A program made the translations under genes and the position numbers. From Macrostomum hystrix (lineage: Eukaryota; Animalia; Platyhelminthes): a stretch of DNA of 64,000 nucleotides. The notes beneath the pieces were generated by a model, which did not search any database, was not told where the DNA came from, and was given only the letters and a program-made list of their open reading frames with translations. The DNA lies in assembly GCA_950097015.1 (NCBI GenBank), contig CATNEN010000026.1:1679269-1743268 (forward strand). Reading direction: 5' to 3'. Below, piece after piece: positions 39,501 through 51,309 of this stretch (the stretch's first letter is position 1; each line of letters begins with the position of its first letter).

Positions 39501-42080
39501 CGAGCGCTGGGTCAACGGTCGACGATTCTGCCTAATCCAGCAGCGAATTTCCGGCAACGTCAGCTTCCGACGTCCGTGGACCGACTACGTGTCCGGCTTT
39601 GGCGATGCGAACAACTTTTGGATTGGTGAGCTAGCTTGCTGGCGCTGGCCAATCAGCGTTTAGTTTTGTGATAGGGGAGGTGGGGTGGTTGGCTTGTTGA
39701 AAAAAGTATTTGTAGAAGTGTGAAAGTCCAAATCTATTCCGGCTGCTGGGGCGCACTTTTTAATTTCACAGCGCCGAATTGAGCTCGAAATTGAGCCAAA
39801 AGAGGTGCTTTACGCAAGCCTTGCGATGGAGAGGGAAATGTCACAGTTCAGGTTGTTCCTCCAGCTTTCCTGGTGTCTCAGCTCCTTCGATCGTCTCACC
39901 GAACCGTTGATATTAGTTGCTTAACTGTAGACCACGGGGGGAACTGCTTAATGATAATGCATAACTTACCTCAGCTCCCAAGTTGTGTGGGAAATAATAA
40001 GAACCAAGAAGAGTGGCGACACGCCTCACAGAGACATTTAGTAATTTTGCACGCATTAGCTGCATTCTATCTGAAATGATTTTGCCCACGTAAATCACGC
40101 ATATGCATCAGTATAGCATCACTCCAACAATACATGTGTAACAGGCAGTAAAATACAGTACCGAAAGCATGAACTGATTTGGACGATTGTGTCTAAAAAT
40201 AGGTCGACAGATGCGTCCCTTGATCAGCTTCCATATTATTCCCATCGCGCAACTGCGTGGCGCTGAATGGGCCAGGTGCATCTTTCTTTCATGGGCTATA
40301 CGATTGACTCACAAAAATGGTGGTTTTTTTATATAGTTTCGCATTTAATAGCTTTCCCATTAGACCTGTGGCCCAAAAAGAGGAACCAGCAGAACCGAGT
40401 AAACACTACAGATAAAAATTGTTACAAAGTAAGGCCGAGAAACGTTTTTATCCCCTAATTGTCTCTGAGACATTTAACATCTCTGAGATTTTAAAAGTAC
40501 ACCAATGTTTTCATGATTTTTTTCGCAAGCCTTTGCGAGTCTTGCATTGCCCAATTATAGATGGCATGCACACGATTTTATAAAAAAAACAATATGCAGT
40601 TTTGTAGATTATAGGGGCACAAGTGGCAGAGCGGTATAACGTGTTTGCCCCAAAGCTTTCTCACAAAGGTTCCTGAGCCGCGGAGAGAAGGCTTGAGTGT
40701 GTGTGCTCAGGATTCAGCGGTACTCCGGTTGTCACTTAACAATGGGAACATAGCAAATAGATGTTTTTATACTAAATTGTATCTATAGGCCTGATCTAAC
40801 CTATAACCTATAACAGAGGTGAATATCTTCATGAGTATATGTGTGCATTACGACGATCATGCTGACACTATATGAATATTATATTTATATTAAGCCAAAG
40901 CAGGCTGTATGGTCCAGTAAATTGCTTTGTTAGGCAGGACTGGCTGCATAATGGCAGGAAAATCAATACGCTGGCGATGTTTCCCTACCCCGGCCCTTGC
41001 ATGGAACATTTTTGGATGCTGCCATGTTGTTAATATAATATGCTAGTAGCCCAGTACACATATTCAGTTATACTCTGACAGTGACAAACAGTGCCTAATA
41101 TAGGACTTAAAAATTCTCCACTAAGTCAACAAAGAATAATTTTTTTCTACATTCCCGCAGGCCTCAACACAATACGCGACCTGCTGCCATCCACAGTGCG
41201 ATTTGAATTTACGAAGTTCAACGGCAGTGTGTACCACTGTGAGTACGACAGTTTTTCCGTAGGCGATGAGACCACTAAATATACTATGGACTATTCCAGG
41301 TAAGATAAAGCGAGTTCGATGATTTAACAATTTTCTATTGCAATTTTAAATGTCAATCACTCGCAGATTCATAGGATATAATAATTGTTTACACCTGCCC
41401 TAATTGGACCAGATGTGCAGCCGACGGCACAGCCCCATCTATTGCTCGGCGCATCTGAAGGCTGCGTACGGCTGTTCAGTCCATGGACTTAAGGGATGCC
41501 ACACCCTCCCTCAATTACCCCAGCTATTGCTGGTACCCATTTAACAGCTGGGTGAACTGAGTTATGTGTCTTGCTAAAATACACAAATTGTTCCACTGGA
41601 GGTCGGGATTCGAACCCCCGAACTTTGTCCTTGTAATCGAACCCCCGACATTCAAGCCGTGAGTCCAACACACAACCGCAAGGCTACAACCCCCACTATT
41701 TAAAACTAGAGTTACCACTGTGCAAGCATCATGGGGACGTCGTACTCTCATACATATATTATTCGCATTATGCTGAAATCTCTAATTCCAGATATGCGCT
41801 CGAGCGGTCGAACATCGCCACAGACTCACTGGACGAGCGCAGTCGGGGCATGAAATTCTCGACCACCGACCAGGACAATGACCTATTTTCGGCATCCTGC
41901 TCAAATGACTGGGCGGGAGGCGCGGGCTGGTGGTTCCGCGGCTGCTTCAGGGCCAATCCCAATGGCGAATACTCGGACACCGAGGTACTCCAGCAGAGCA
42001 AGTACATGGCCTGGTACCACATCGATGGCGAGTTTGTGTCACTGAGACAGACCCGAATCATGGTTCAGGTGGACGGTTGA
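30553..42080 (+). CDS. Secreted PAN/apple-like + fibrinogen C-terminal (FReD) domain protein; join 30553-30655, 34581-34895, 39479-39625, 41161-41299, 41792-42080 (~330 aa)
   Basis: Exon 1 is hydrophobic and signal-peptide-like (MILPSSTKFSAQLVSLAVTFSAIEV). Exon 2 has the Cys pattern ECSSACGRMYECRAFSFC..C. Exons 3-5 carry FReD motifs IQQRISGNVSFRRPWTDYVSGFGD..FWIG, EYDSFSVGDETTKY, GMKFSTTDQDND and GGWWFRGCFRANPNG. Intron phases 1,1,1,2 are compatible. Confidence 0.85.
30672..34558. repeat. Minisatellite, 26/27-bp unit changing to 28-bp unit, ~3.9 kb
   Basis: ccagatcccagtttgagcagatggtt and its cacc variant; from ~33360 ccagatcccagtttgagcaggcacagtt. Fills essentially all of intron 1 of the FReD gene. 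Confidence 0.97.
34975..36648. repeat. Minisatellite, 14-bp unit
   Basis: Unit ctacctagaattc(g/a). Preceded by a short 20-bp triplication (gagtgacaggagaggcag..) at ~34912-34965. Confidence 0.97.
37660..39440. repeat. Minisatellite, ~25-28-bp C-rich unit
   Basis: Unit cccagctacagagaaccaatgtccc with a variable C-run and ctcagcagcagag variants. The Pro-rich ORFs in all three frames are artefacts. Confidence 0.96.
40618..40725 (+). mobile_element. SINE family B, internally deleted fragment
   Basis: Head tggcagagcggtataacgtgtttgcc joined to gccgcggagagaaggcttg and gtgtgctcagga.tcagcgg. Confidence 0.6.
41379..41693 (-). mobile_element. SINE family A, full-length copy with duplicated B-box segment
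   Basis: Matches 9876-10180 and contains two tcgaaccccc segments. Confidence 0.85.
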
Positions 42081-42371
42081 GTCATTGGTGACATTCTGTC
42101 AAGCTCGACACAAGCACGCCGAGTTAATTTCTTGTTGTTTTTTCAGCTCTGGTGGCAACATATTTAATTGAACAATTATCTTTGAAGACGACCAAAACAG
42201 CAAGGCGATTTTAGTTTATTTTTAGATATTGCTGCTCCTAAAGACTTGTAGATTAGATAGGAGATTAACAAGTTCTTAATTGATTTAGCAACTTCATTTT
42301 CTGTCTGTTGGCTAATTAGTTTTATTTTTTAGCTGACCGTGTGTAACTTAAACCCAAAAGTCCCGCTTAGG

Positions 42372-42510
42372 GGGTCGGTGGCAGAGCGGTTAACGCGTCT
42401 GCCTCTCGCACCAAGGTCCCTGAGAGCTCGACCCTGAGAGATCCCGAAGGCTTTGTGGCTTGTCGTGCATTTACACCCTTGAGGGCCAACCACCAAGGCA
42501 CAGTTGGAGT
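42372..42510 (+). mobile_element. SINE family B, 5' fragment
   Basis: ggtggcagagcggttaacgcgtctgcctctcgcaccaaggtccct...gagggccaaccaccaaggcacag. Confidence 0.75.
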
Positions 42511-42703
42511 GTTTTTAACAGAGTCGTCCAAATGAACAAAAGCAAAAAGACCGAGTGTCTATATTTTCAAATTGCTAACAAATGCTTAACATACTAAGTT
42601 AGGCTGCACAAAATTATGTATTTTCGACCAAGCAAATATGGTTAAAAATAGATGAAATGCATGCACATTTTAAATACACACACAGTTTAAGTCCTTCAAG
42701 CCA

Positions 42704-43385
42704 TTATTTCGCTTTCCTCTTTCCTTTGGTCTTTTTCTTGGATTTGGATTTGCGTTGAAATTTCCTCTTGCTTGGCTTCATCTTCAATTCGTCCTTCAGC
42801 TTTTTGTTGAAGCTTTTCTTCGACCTGCACGAAGATGGCGGACGGATTGCCGCATTGCGAATTTTAAATCAATATAAAATGCACAATAGCCTACTTGTAA
42901 GTAGAAATAAATGCAAAACATACTACTCGTAGAAAATACTCACATAGAAGGTGGCGGATGATTAGCAGGTGCCGTAGGCTAAAAAAGAAAAACAAAGACC
43001 AGGGTAGATGTTGTTTAAAGTAAAGTTTGATTTGCTAAGGGTGCAGGGAAAATCTGAGCAGATGGCCTACCACGGTGGCAGGCCTTAGGTCCAGCTCCGT
43101 GACAGTGACAGTGTGGTCAGGCAGTTCTTCAGTGACTGGCTCGCATTCAATCAGCTGCATGTCAGGCGCCAGCACGCCAGCACGTTCCAGCACCAGAGCT
43201 TCGTGACGCTCTTTTAGCAGGCGTTTCTCCTCTTTCAACTCTTCTGCGGCACGTTTAATCGCGTGCTTGCGTCGTTCAACTTTGCGCTTGTGAAAGCCAG
43301 TCAGATATTCGGCACGCTTGGCCTCGTCAAACAGGATCACTCGCTGGGCTGGCTTCTTTCTCTTCTTAGCCGGTGGTTTGGTCAT
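42704..43385 (-). CDS. NOL12: Nucleolar protein 12 / Rrp17 family; join complement 43385-43071, 42978-42944, 42824-42704 (~156 aa)
   Basis: Family signature VILFDEAKRAEYLTGFHKRKVERRK, a basic C-terminal tail, and GT-AG introns with compatible phases (0, 2). Confidence 0.88.
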
Positions 43386-44383
43386 GATAGTCCCGATTGC
43401 AAGAGTGCAACCCTCTTTACTGAAACGAAGCCAGGTGTTTAATATAAATTTATGAACAACAAACTTTAATAGGTATGAAGCAAGAGATTAGCTAGTCTCC
43501 ACTGGCCAAGCTAGTACCTTTTTGGTGCTTTCGCATACTGCATGACACATCAATTCATATATGACAAGCTATTCAAGATTTTCATGCCTTTGCTGTCACT
43601 GATTATTTATTACTCTAAATCATTGTGTTTTATTTAAGAAAATTCTCAAGATATTCCTGGATTTTGTAAACAAAAAAAACAATTTTCTTACTCTATTTCC
43701 ACATTTATTATCATATATACTATACCTAGTGTAAAATTATACCTGAGTCCCCTATAACAAGCCTCCCATCTACTCAGAGCCAAATATATTTAACTACTTA
43801 GTTTCAATTATTGTGTCTAAACATTAAACTTAAAAGGAAAAGTACAAATACTCGCTAGGTTTGCTTGAATGTAATTATCATTTACCATATTATTTTAGTC
43901 AGAAAGCAATACCTAGTACCTGATTTACATTTATATTAGAAAATTGTTGTTTTATAACACCAAAGTTTAGTTGCATTTTGCATGCTGCTGCAAGTCAATA
44001 GTCATTAATCCAATGCTGGGTAGAACTTCAATCTTGGGTTATGATATTATGATTGCTATGTTTTCAAAAATTAATTATAATTTAATGTGCATATGTACTA
44101 TGTTGCATGTAATACCTGAAGATGGTTGCCATGCTCATATATAGACTTGGTCTAGCACCAATTCAGGGCCAACTTCCAAGCACCATTTTCAGTGCCAAGA
44201 TTCAGCCTCTGCCTTATTCATCACATTATATTCCCATTTACATAAATAGGTGCCACTCAACTCTTATCCTAACTCATTAGCTGTTACCTACTCCATACCT
44301 TGCAAACTGCTTTTCACCTTCATTTCAAGGCCTGAAATCTAATTTTAAGGACATCCTTGCCAACTGTTGCATGTTTTGTCTAG

Positions 44384-44840
44384 AACAACAAAACAACAAC
44401 AATAGAATATGCTAGCCCCAAAAGTCAGGGAGGCAGCATCAGATGGCGTGCCGCAGAGCCAGCGCGCGAACATGGTCTATGCCGGTGGCAGTGTCGGGGG
44501 CCCTGGCGTTGCTCAGCAAGCAGCCGACGTAGCAGCGGGTCCGAGACTGTCCGCGCCTGAATGGGCCCTGCAGGGTGAGCAACAGGACGTCCTGGGCGGG
44601 CTGGCGGCAGTAGCTCTTGGCCTGAATAATGTGGCCCGCTAGTCAAAGTCGCCGCTGGCACAGGATGTTGGACAGGCATTGCAGCTGGGCTCTCTCGTAC
44701 AGAGCCTTGGTCCCGACACTCTTGTCAGCTTGAAAGGCCGCACAGGGCAGCCCTGAGTGTGCCGAGTCCAGCTGCTGCTCCAGCGTAGCCATCAGTGTCC
44801 ACGACTTGGCATTGTACAGCAGGACAGTCTCGACCACCTC
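44384..44840 (-). mobile_element. 5'-truncated non-LTR retrotransposon (RTE-like) 3' end
   Basis: Minus-strand translation VETVLLYNAKSWTL...RRL*LAGHIIQAKSYC...RHAI* (end stop 44439-44441) resembles the post-RT region of RTE elements (LLY..ETW, RRL...GH). Followed by a short UTR and a (TTG)n tail. Confidence 0.78.
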
Positions 44841-46472
44841 CTGTCACAGCCAAGCCCTCTGGCAGTCAGGCAGCACTGTGGACTGGAGGACAGCCCAGAT
44901 TGAATGGTAGGCTGCTCCTGGTGGGATCAAACTCAAGCTCAGCAAAGGCTCGAGGATTCAACTATGAAAGTATTTATCATGTTTACATTTGATTAAAAAG
45001 GAACACTAGTGAAAGTCATTGCCACAATTATAATCAGACTGCCATTTTATTCAAGTTTACATTTTGTCTATGACTGGTACGGAAAACTGTACTTTTCAGA
45101 TCCTTCTGTGGTGATTAGACAGAAGAGAAATGGCTCACATAAAAGAGCAAAGATTAGTGTATGCCTAGTGAAAAAAATTTTGTTTCTACGTTCAAAAGAA
45201 GTGATTTGAGAGAAGTTTTAAAATTGGCTTAAAAAACTACATGTAAATGAATGGGCCTTCGAATAATTTCCCACAATTTGCGAGTGTTACATCCTGATAT
45301 AATGCTAGGCCCTAGTGGTCCTTGACTAATAATTGCCTGGCACCTGCATAATCACAGAGACACTGACAGCTGGTTTACCTACCAGCAGCTGCCCAGCCAT
45401 GTTGTCACTTGTCATCAATCAGTCTGAACTTCATTTAGCTTGCAGACCCAACTGTCCATACTAGGGCCTAACACCATCAAGGGAGCATTGGCACATGCAA
45501 AGGGCAAGTTTTTTTCAGATGCATGGCACATCCAATCTGGGCTTTTTAAGTTTCATGTTGAAACTACAAGAGAACCTAGGCGTTTATCATTACTGTTTAT
45601 TATTGAAGTTAGGCCCCTACTTAAAAGTTCGTTTAATTTATATAATAATTTAATCTGTAAAACTTCAGGATAGACAAATGTTTTATACCATGTCCGAAAG
45701 AAGAATAGAATGCCAATAAATATATTTGAAACTTGATAAAAATCACAAAAACAACTATAGGTTGCTGTGGTTCAAGTTTGCCTACGAAATAGGATCCTAC
45801 AACCTATAAAACCAAGTAGAACATTGCCAAACATGCATATGTAGTAAGCATGTAGTAATATCAAATATGTAGTAAGCAGATTTTACACACGATGCGCTGC
45901 ACTTTTAGTTTAGAAATAAGTTACATAAAATATATGTCTACAATATTTATATTTATATTTTGCGGCAGATAGGCCTAGGTCTGTATGAAAAACACCATCA
46001 TTGGTGCTGGACTAGCATTGTAGGCTAGTATTAGACGATTTATTGGAAGCTTGATAACCCAGCGAATACCAGACGCGTGCAATCGCGGTCAAGTTAATTA
46101 CGTACTTATGTACGTATTTTTGATACTTATGTGCCAACAAAGAGCTAAAACTTTAAGGTAATCATACTCTAAATTACTTCCAATTTTTTGTTCTAGTTTA
46201 AACGCCACAGTATGTTTTTGTTTTATTTTGCTCAAGTTAGTTTATCAGAAGTATAAATCAAAATTTTCTAAGATCTACGTGCATACTATAGGAACACAAT
46301 GTAGCGTGGTCATTGACGAAGTCTACAATGCAGGATTTTTATAAATAATATTTTTTATTTAGAAAAGACCACGAGTTAATATTAGTATAGCTTAATAACT
46401 TTTTTTGCGTAAACCTAAAAGATGGTAAACCAGTTTCTTTGTACCATTCACGACTTCGAGTAGATATGAAAA

Positions 46473-47252
46473 GGGCAGTGCTTATTCCCACGGTCCGTGC
46501 CGATAGCGATAATTTCAATTTTATCCACTCGGATCCGTGCCGATAATTTTCTGCTTATCCACATGGCAGCTTGTATGAATAGGTCTAAAACTCTGTATAT
46601 ATGCCGTGCCTTTAATTTTAATTTTGTCCACACGGTTCTGTTCTTTGAAACGATGCCCTTTCGGGTTTGAACGTTTTGTTGAACACTCGAGCCAATAGAT
46701 CTAAAAAGTTGCCAGTGTGTTACGACAGTGTTCTACATTTCGACCTATACATTCATTAACCAACATTAATGTCATCCTTTTTAATTATTGTAATAACAAC
46801 TTACTAAATCTTTTGTCATCATTATGTGTTTTCATTCGATTTGTTTTGACTTAAAAAGTAAGAAGTCTATCAAAGAAAATCATACGAGTCAACCAGCAGA
46901 ATTCTAGTCAACACCGAACTCGTCACAAATATTGTACATCATTGTTATTCTTTTACACTATGTATTGATAGTGTACACTATACACTATACTCTGAAGCAA
47001 AAGCCTTATGCTCAGAGAAGACTAGGTAGGGACTTCAAAGGAGACCTATTCATACAAGCTGCCATGTGGATAAGCAGAAAATTATTGGCACAGATCAGTT
47101 TGGATAAAATTTAAATGAACAGCATGGCATATATAAAGAGTTGTGGACCTATTCATACAAGCTGCCATGTGGATAAGCAGAAAATTATTGGCATGGATCC
47201 ACGTGGATAAAATTGAAATTACTGGCACAGGACTGTGGGAATAAGCACTGCC
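46473..47252. mobile_element. MITE-like element with ~150-bp inverted arms
   Basis: 46473-46620 is the reverse complement of ~47110-47252; both termini read ggcagtgcttattccca. An extra partial arm lies at 47043-47110. Repeated ttatcca motifs; no coding capacity. Confidence 0.75.
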
Positions 47253-47715
47253 TATGAAAAGCAGAGTATAAAATATTTTAAGTGAGAAAATCAAATATAA
47301 ATTTCCATTTCTAGCTAATTGTCTTAGTTAGCTAATTGTCTTATTAAATAACTCAAACTGTTTTAATTGAATAGGGAATTAACACATTAGTGAGAGGCTA
47401 TGGTAAATTAATAAAATATTTTCAGCAATCCATATCTATTTATAAAGATAGTTGATCACATAAGTGCTCACTTTCTGTGTAATCAATGAGCCAAAAATAA
47501 TAAATGCACAATGCCAGAATAGCAAATGATCGTGATTCTAAACAGCAGAAAATGAAATATATATTCCTGAGAGTAAATAAAAATCTTAAATATTTTTGAC
47601 AAAGGAGAACCTGGGATAAAAGTGAATTAGTAAACTAAGTAATACAGTTTCAATAAAATTAAAATAATTTACTTTCAGCCTTTACCTAGCAAACTGCCTA
47701 CTAAGCTAAGTAGTC

Positions 47716-50700
47716 ATGCACGGACGTCCGCGAGTTCGCACAACGGAGGAGCAGCGAGCCGCGAAGGCTAAGGAGCGGGCTGCGAAAGTGGTTGAATATC
47801 GAGCGGCCTTGGATGAGGCGATGCGTCTGAGAAGCTGCTGCACCGATTCCAGCGAGAATAGTGCGGACTCGGTTGAGTCCCACAAGAATAGAGAGCGGCT
47901 GATGCGCGTGACACAGGTTCTGCTGCAGGTATAGTTCAATTCTGTGTTGTCTGTGATTTCATCTGATGCCTTTATAAAACGGACCAATAGATCTTCTAAG
48001 ATGCCTAATCATAGGATCCAAAGGCTGCATTTACAGTTGTTCAGTCTTCAGCCGGGCGTGAGTGGCAGGCTGGTTAATGCGTTTGCCTCTCACACCAAGG
48101 TCCCTGAGCTCGATTTCGCGGCGAGGCCGTTTTCTTTGGGGGCTTGTCGTGTCATTTATGCCCTTGAGGGCCAACCTCCAAGGCACAGTGAAAGTGTACA
48201 CTGCCTGACGATGAGAAAGTCAGGGCAGATGTACACACCCTGTGTGAGCGTATGCTTGTGTACGGTATCTGTGTGTGGGTGCTCAGGAGTCAGCGAAATG
48301 GGCAGAATTGCCTCGTTGCTTGCTGTGGGTCTAGTATCACCAAATGATAAGACATTTCCTGCAGCCCATCTGCAATTATTATTATTATTAACAGTTGGAC
48401 TACCAACCCATTTTGCCGCACGTTCTAATACCAAGGGGGATTCCCCCCCTGAAAATTCATTTGGCAGCGCCTAAATGATAAAAAGCATTGGGTGGTGACT
48501 GATTGGTTGACAGACTAGGTGATGGTGTCCTGTGGTTGAGCTGCGCCTAATATTTAATCTTGATCAGTGAAATTAGAGAAATTCTCTTCAGGGTGTCCAT
48601 AGTGGCCTATTTCCACTTCTTGTAGTCCTTGAAGGTCCATCAGTCCGTCTAGACTAGATAAAGTTAGGTGACCACCGAAGACGGAGACGATGAAGGCAGT
48701 CGGGTGACATGCTGATAAATTTTGAAGGCCTGGCAAGGCCGCACTGAGGCGCAGTGCAAATTCATGTATAGGGGGTATTAAAATACACTAGCGCTTATAG
48801 GAAAAATCTGACCCTTGGCTAGAACCATTGAATATCTCGACGGTCTGAAGAGCTTGCAAATTGATTCTTGTTTCAGAAGATGCGCAACAAAAATTTGGCC
48901 CGTGTTCTTTAGTTGCGTGTGCTTGCGTTGCTCCGTTCGAGTGCAGCGAAAAATCCCTCCTGGTTGTTCTACTGTTATATTGTCATATGAATTGAGGTAT
49001 TAAAAGCACAGTATTACTCATCTAAATGAAATAGTCTACAATGTCCTTATTATTTTCGTAGGCCAACCCGGACATTGGCACCCTGTGGTCGGTCAGGCGC
49101 GAGACAATTCAACAATGCCAGTCGCATCCGCCAGCTGAGTATAGCGAGGCTGCTCAACTAGGTGCGGAACTGCAGCTGACCGCCGCCTGCCTGATGCAGA
49201 ACCCCAAGTCCTACGGCGCCTGGCATCACCGGGCCTGGACTCTTGACCGGCTGGGCCCCCAGCGGGCCGACTTAGCTGGCGAGCTGCGTCTCACTGGACA
49301 GTTTCTGCAGCGCGACGAGCGCAACTTTCACTGCTGGGATCATCGGCGACACGTTTGCCGACTGGGCGGCGTGCCGGCTGCTGATGAGCTGGCCTACTCA
49401 GACAAGCTGCTCACGGCTAATATGGGCAACTTCAGCGCCTGGCATTATCGATCCAGACTGCTGCCACTGGCTGATGGCGGTCTGAATGCCGACGTCAGAA
49501 AGTGAGGTTTTGCCTCCAATATGTTTAGGCCAAGGACCACTAGAAGAAGTGTAGGACACTTTGTTTCCCTTCTTAATGCACTATCGGGATAGAAACTTTT
49601 CACTTTCTTCCACGTTCAAATATTGATAACTGTTTATTGGAAGCAGGTCGAATGTTCTTCTTTTAATATATCTTGAACAATATGCTGTTTCGAGGAATTT
49701 TAGAAGGCTTCATTCATGAATAATTAACTGAAGGTCAGGGGTTCGATTCCTGACAGCATCAGCTGGGGTAATTGAGGTGGGTGGTAGCTATAAGCAGCCT
49801 TCAGGTGCGCCGCGCAGGTGTGCTGTCGGCTGCACATCTGGCCGAATTGGGGCATCAACATTGGCTGCACTGAAGTAACTTTGACTGGTAGCCCTGCTCA
49901 AAGATAAAAATTGCTTCCCTTAGTCTGGGATTCGAACTTGCGATATCTCAGTCAGAAATCCAAAGCTATAAAATAATTTCCAAAAATATTTTCCTAGGCG
50001 CGAGCTGGAGACGGCCCTGTCGGCCATGTTCAGCGACCCGGCAGACACGGCGCCATGGGGCTATTATCGTTGGCTAATGGCGCCGCCAACCGAGCCGCTG
50101 CGGCCTCTTTGGCTTCGCTGCCATTGTCGCCAGTCTAGTAGCCGTCAGAGCGGCGATGCCGTAAAAAATGACTATTCCGTGTTAATAGCATTTAGTCGCC
50201 CGGTGACAAAGACTTGGCTAGTTGAGCGTCTGACTATTGTTACCGGCGGAGTGGGCGAAGGCGACGGCGACGGTTGCACACGGACGCCGATTCCGTTGGC
50301 GCCCGTGACCGGCTCTATCTCCGATGCCGCGGCCTATGTTTGGCGCCTGCCGCTGTTAGCAGAACCGGCCACTGTTCGCATTGTTGTACAGGCCGACAAA
50401 GACTTCGACAAGTTGGACATCGGCTTGACCATGCCCAATGGTCTAGCACTGCTGGCATCGGTGCAGTCTTTGCCAGTCGACCTTACTGAAGCGGAGCGCT
50501 CGCTTCGGTCCGAACAACTCGGATTGGTTCGCCAGCTAAACGAGCTTGCTGGCGACTCTCGGGAGGGTCTATTGACTGAGGCGGCGCTGCTGGCTTCGTT
50601 GTCATTGACTACGGAATGCGAGGCTCTATTTGAACGCCTGGCAACGCTGGATCCGATGCGAGCCGGGGCCTACGGCCACGCCAGGAGCCGCCTGGCGGTA

Positions 50701-51293
50701 AGCGCCAGACTAGCTGCTAACTCAGCGATAAACAAGGTCCGGCATTTATTAAAACTGTTTGTTTCACAATTCATTGACTCGAACTAGGGACCTTCAGTGC
50801 AGCCTTAGATAAGCAGTTTGTCAAGTGAGGGTGGTCTTTTCCTCTCGCACCAAAATCTCTGAGCTCGATATCTGTGTGTGCTCAGGAGTCTCCGTAATGG
50901 CCAAAGTTGTCTTTTCACTGGCTGCAGGTCTTCTGCTATTTTCTTCCCCTGCAGGTGGATGCCTCAAAAGATGCCACTTGCATGAAGCTCAGCTTGGCCG
51001 GTCTGGGCCTAACGGCGCTGCCTCTGGTACATGCATTCGGCTACGTCGAAGAGCTGAACCTGTCCGACAACAAGCTGACCAGCCTTCCAGGCCAGATGGC
51101 AGCTCTGGCATGCCTCAACAAACTGGACGCTAGAAACAACTGTCTTACTGGCTTGACCGGCCTTCTATGCTTAACTGAGTGCCCGCGCTTGCAACATATT
51201 CAACTGGCTGACAATCCGGTTGCTAAGGACGCCAAGGCGCTGGCTGATTTTGCCCAACTCCTGCCTACCGGCTGCCGGGTTGAAGCTGACTGA
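47716..51293 (+). CDS. RABGGTA: Rab geranylgeranyltransferase (GGTase-II) alpha subunit; join 47716-47928, 49062-49501, 49998-50736, 50955-51293 (~576 aa)
   Basis: N-terminus MHGRPRV. Prenyltransferase-alpha repeats NPDIGTLW..RR, NPKSYGAWHHRAW, DERNFHCWDHRR, NFSAWHYRS and FSDPADTAPWGYYRWL, then LDPMRAGAY and a C-terminal LRR (VEELNLSDNKLTSLP). Phases are compatible. Confidence 0.93.
48060..48391 (+). mobile_element. SINE family B copy
   Basis: Complete head, body and (att)n tail, in RABGGTA intron 1. Confidence 0.85.
49728..49857 (+). mobile_element. SINE family A, internally deleted fragment
   Basis: B-box ggttcgattcct joined directly to cagctggggtaattgagg and gcagccttcaggtgcgccgcgc..gctgcacatctgg. 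Confidence 0.65.
50826..50945 (+). mobile_element. SINE family B, degenerate fragment
   Basis: cctctcgcaccaa..gagctcgat and gtgtgtgctcaggagtc; occupies RABGGTA intron 3 up to the acceptor. Confidence 0.55.
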
Positions 51294-51309
51294 TTTTTCA
51301 AGTCCTCCA

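Noticed and set aside
47944-48474. 176-aa ORF (and similar ORFs at 10991-11384, 25894-26224, 59393-59887)
   Set aside because: These coincide with SINE-B copies, and their frames are not conserved between copies.
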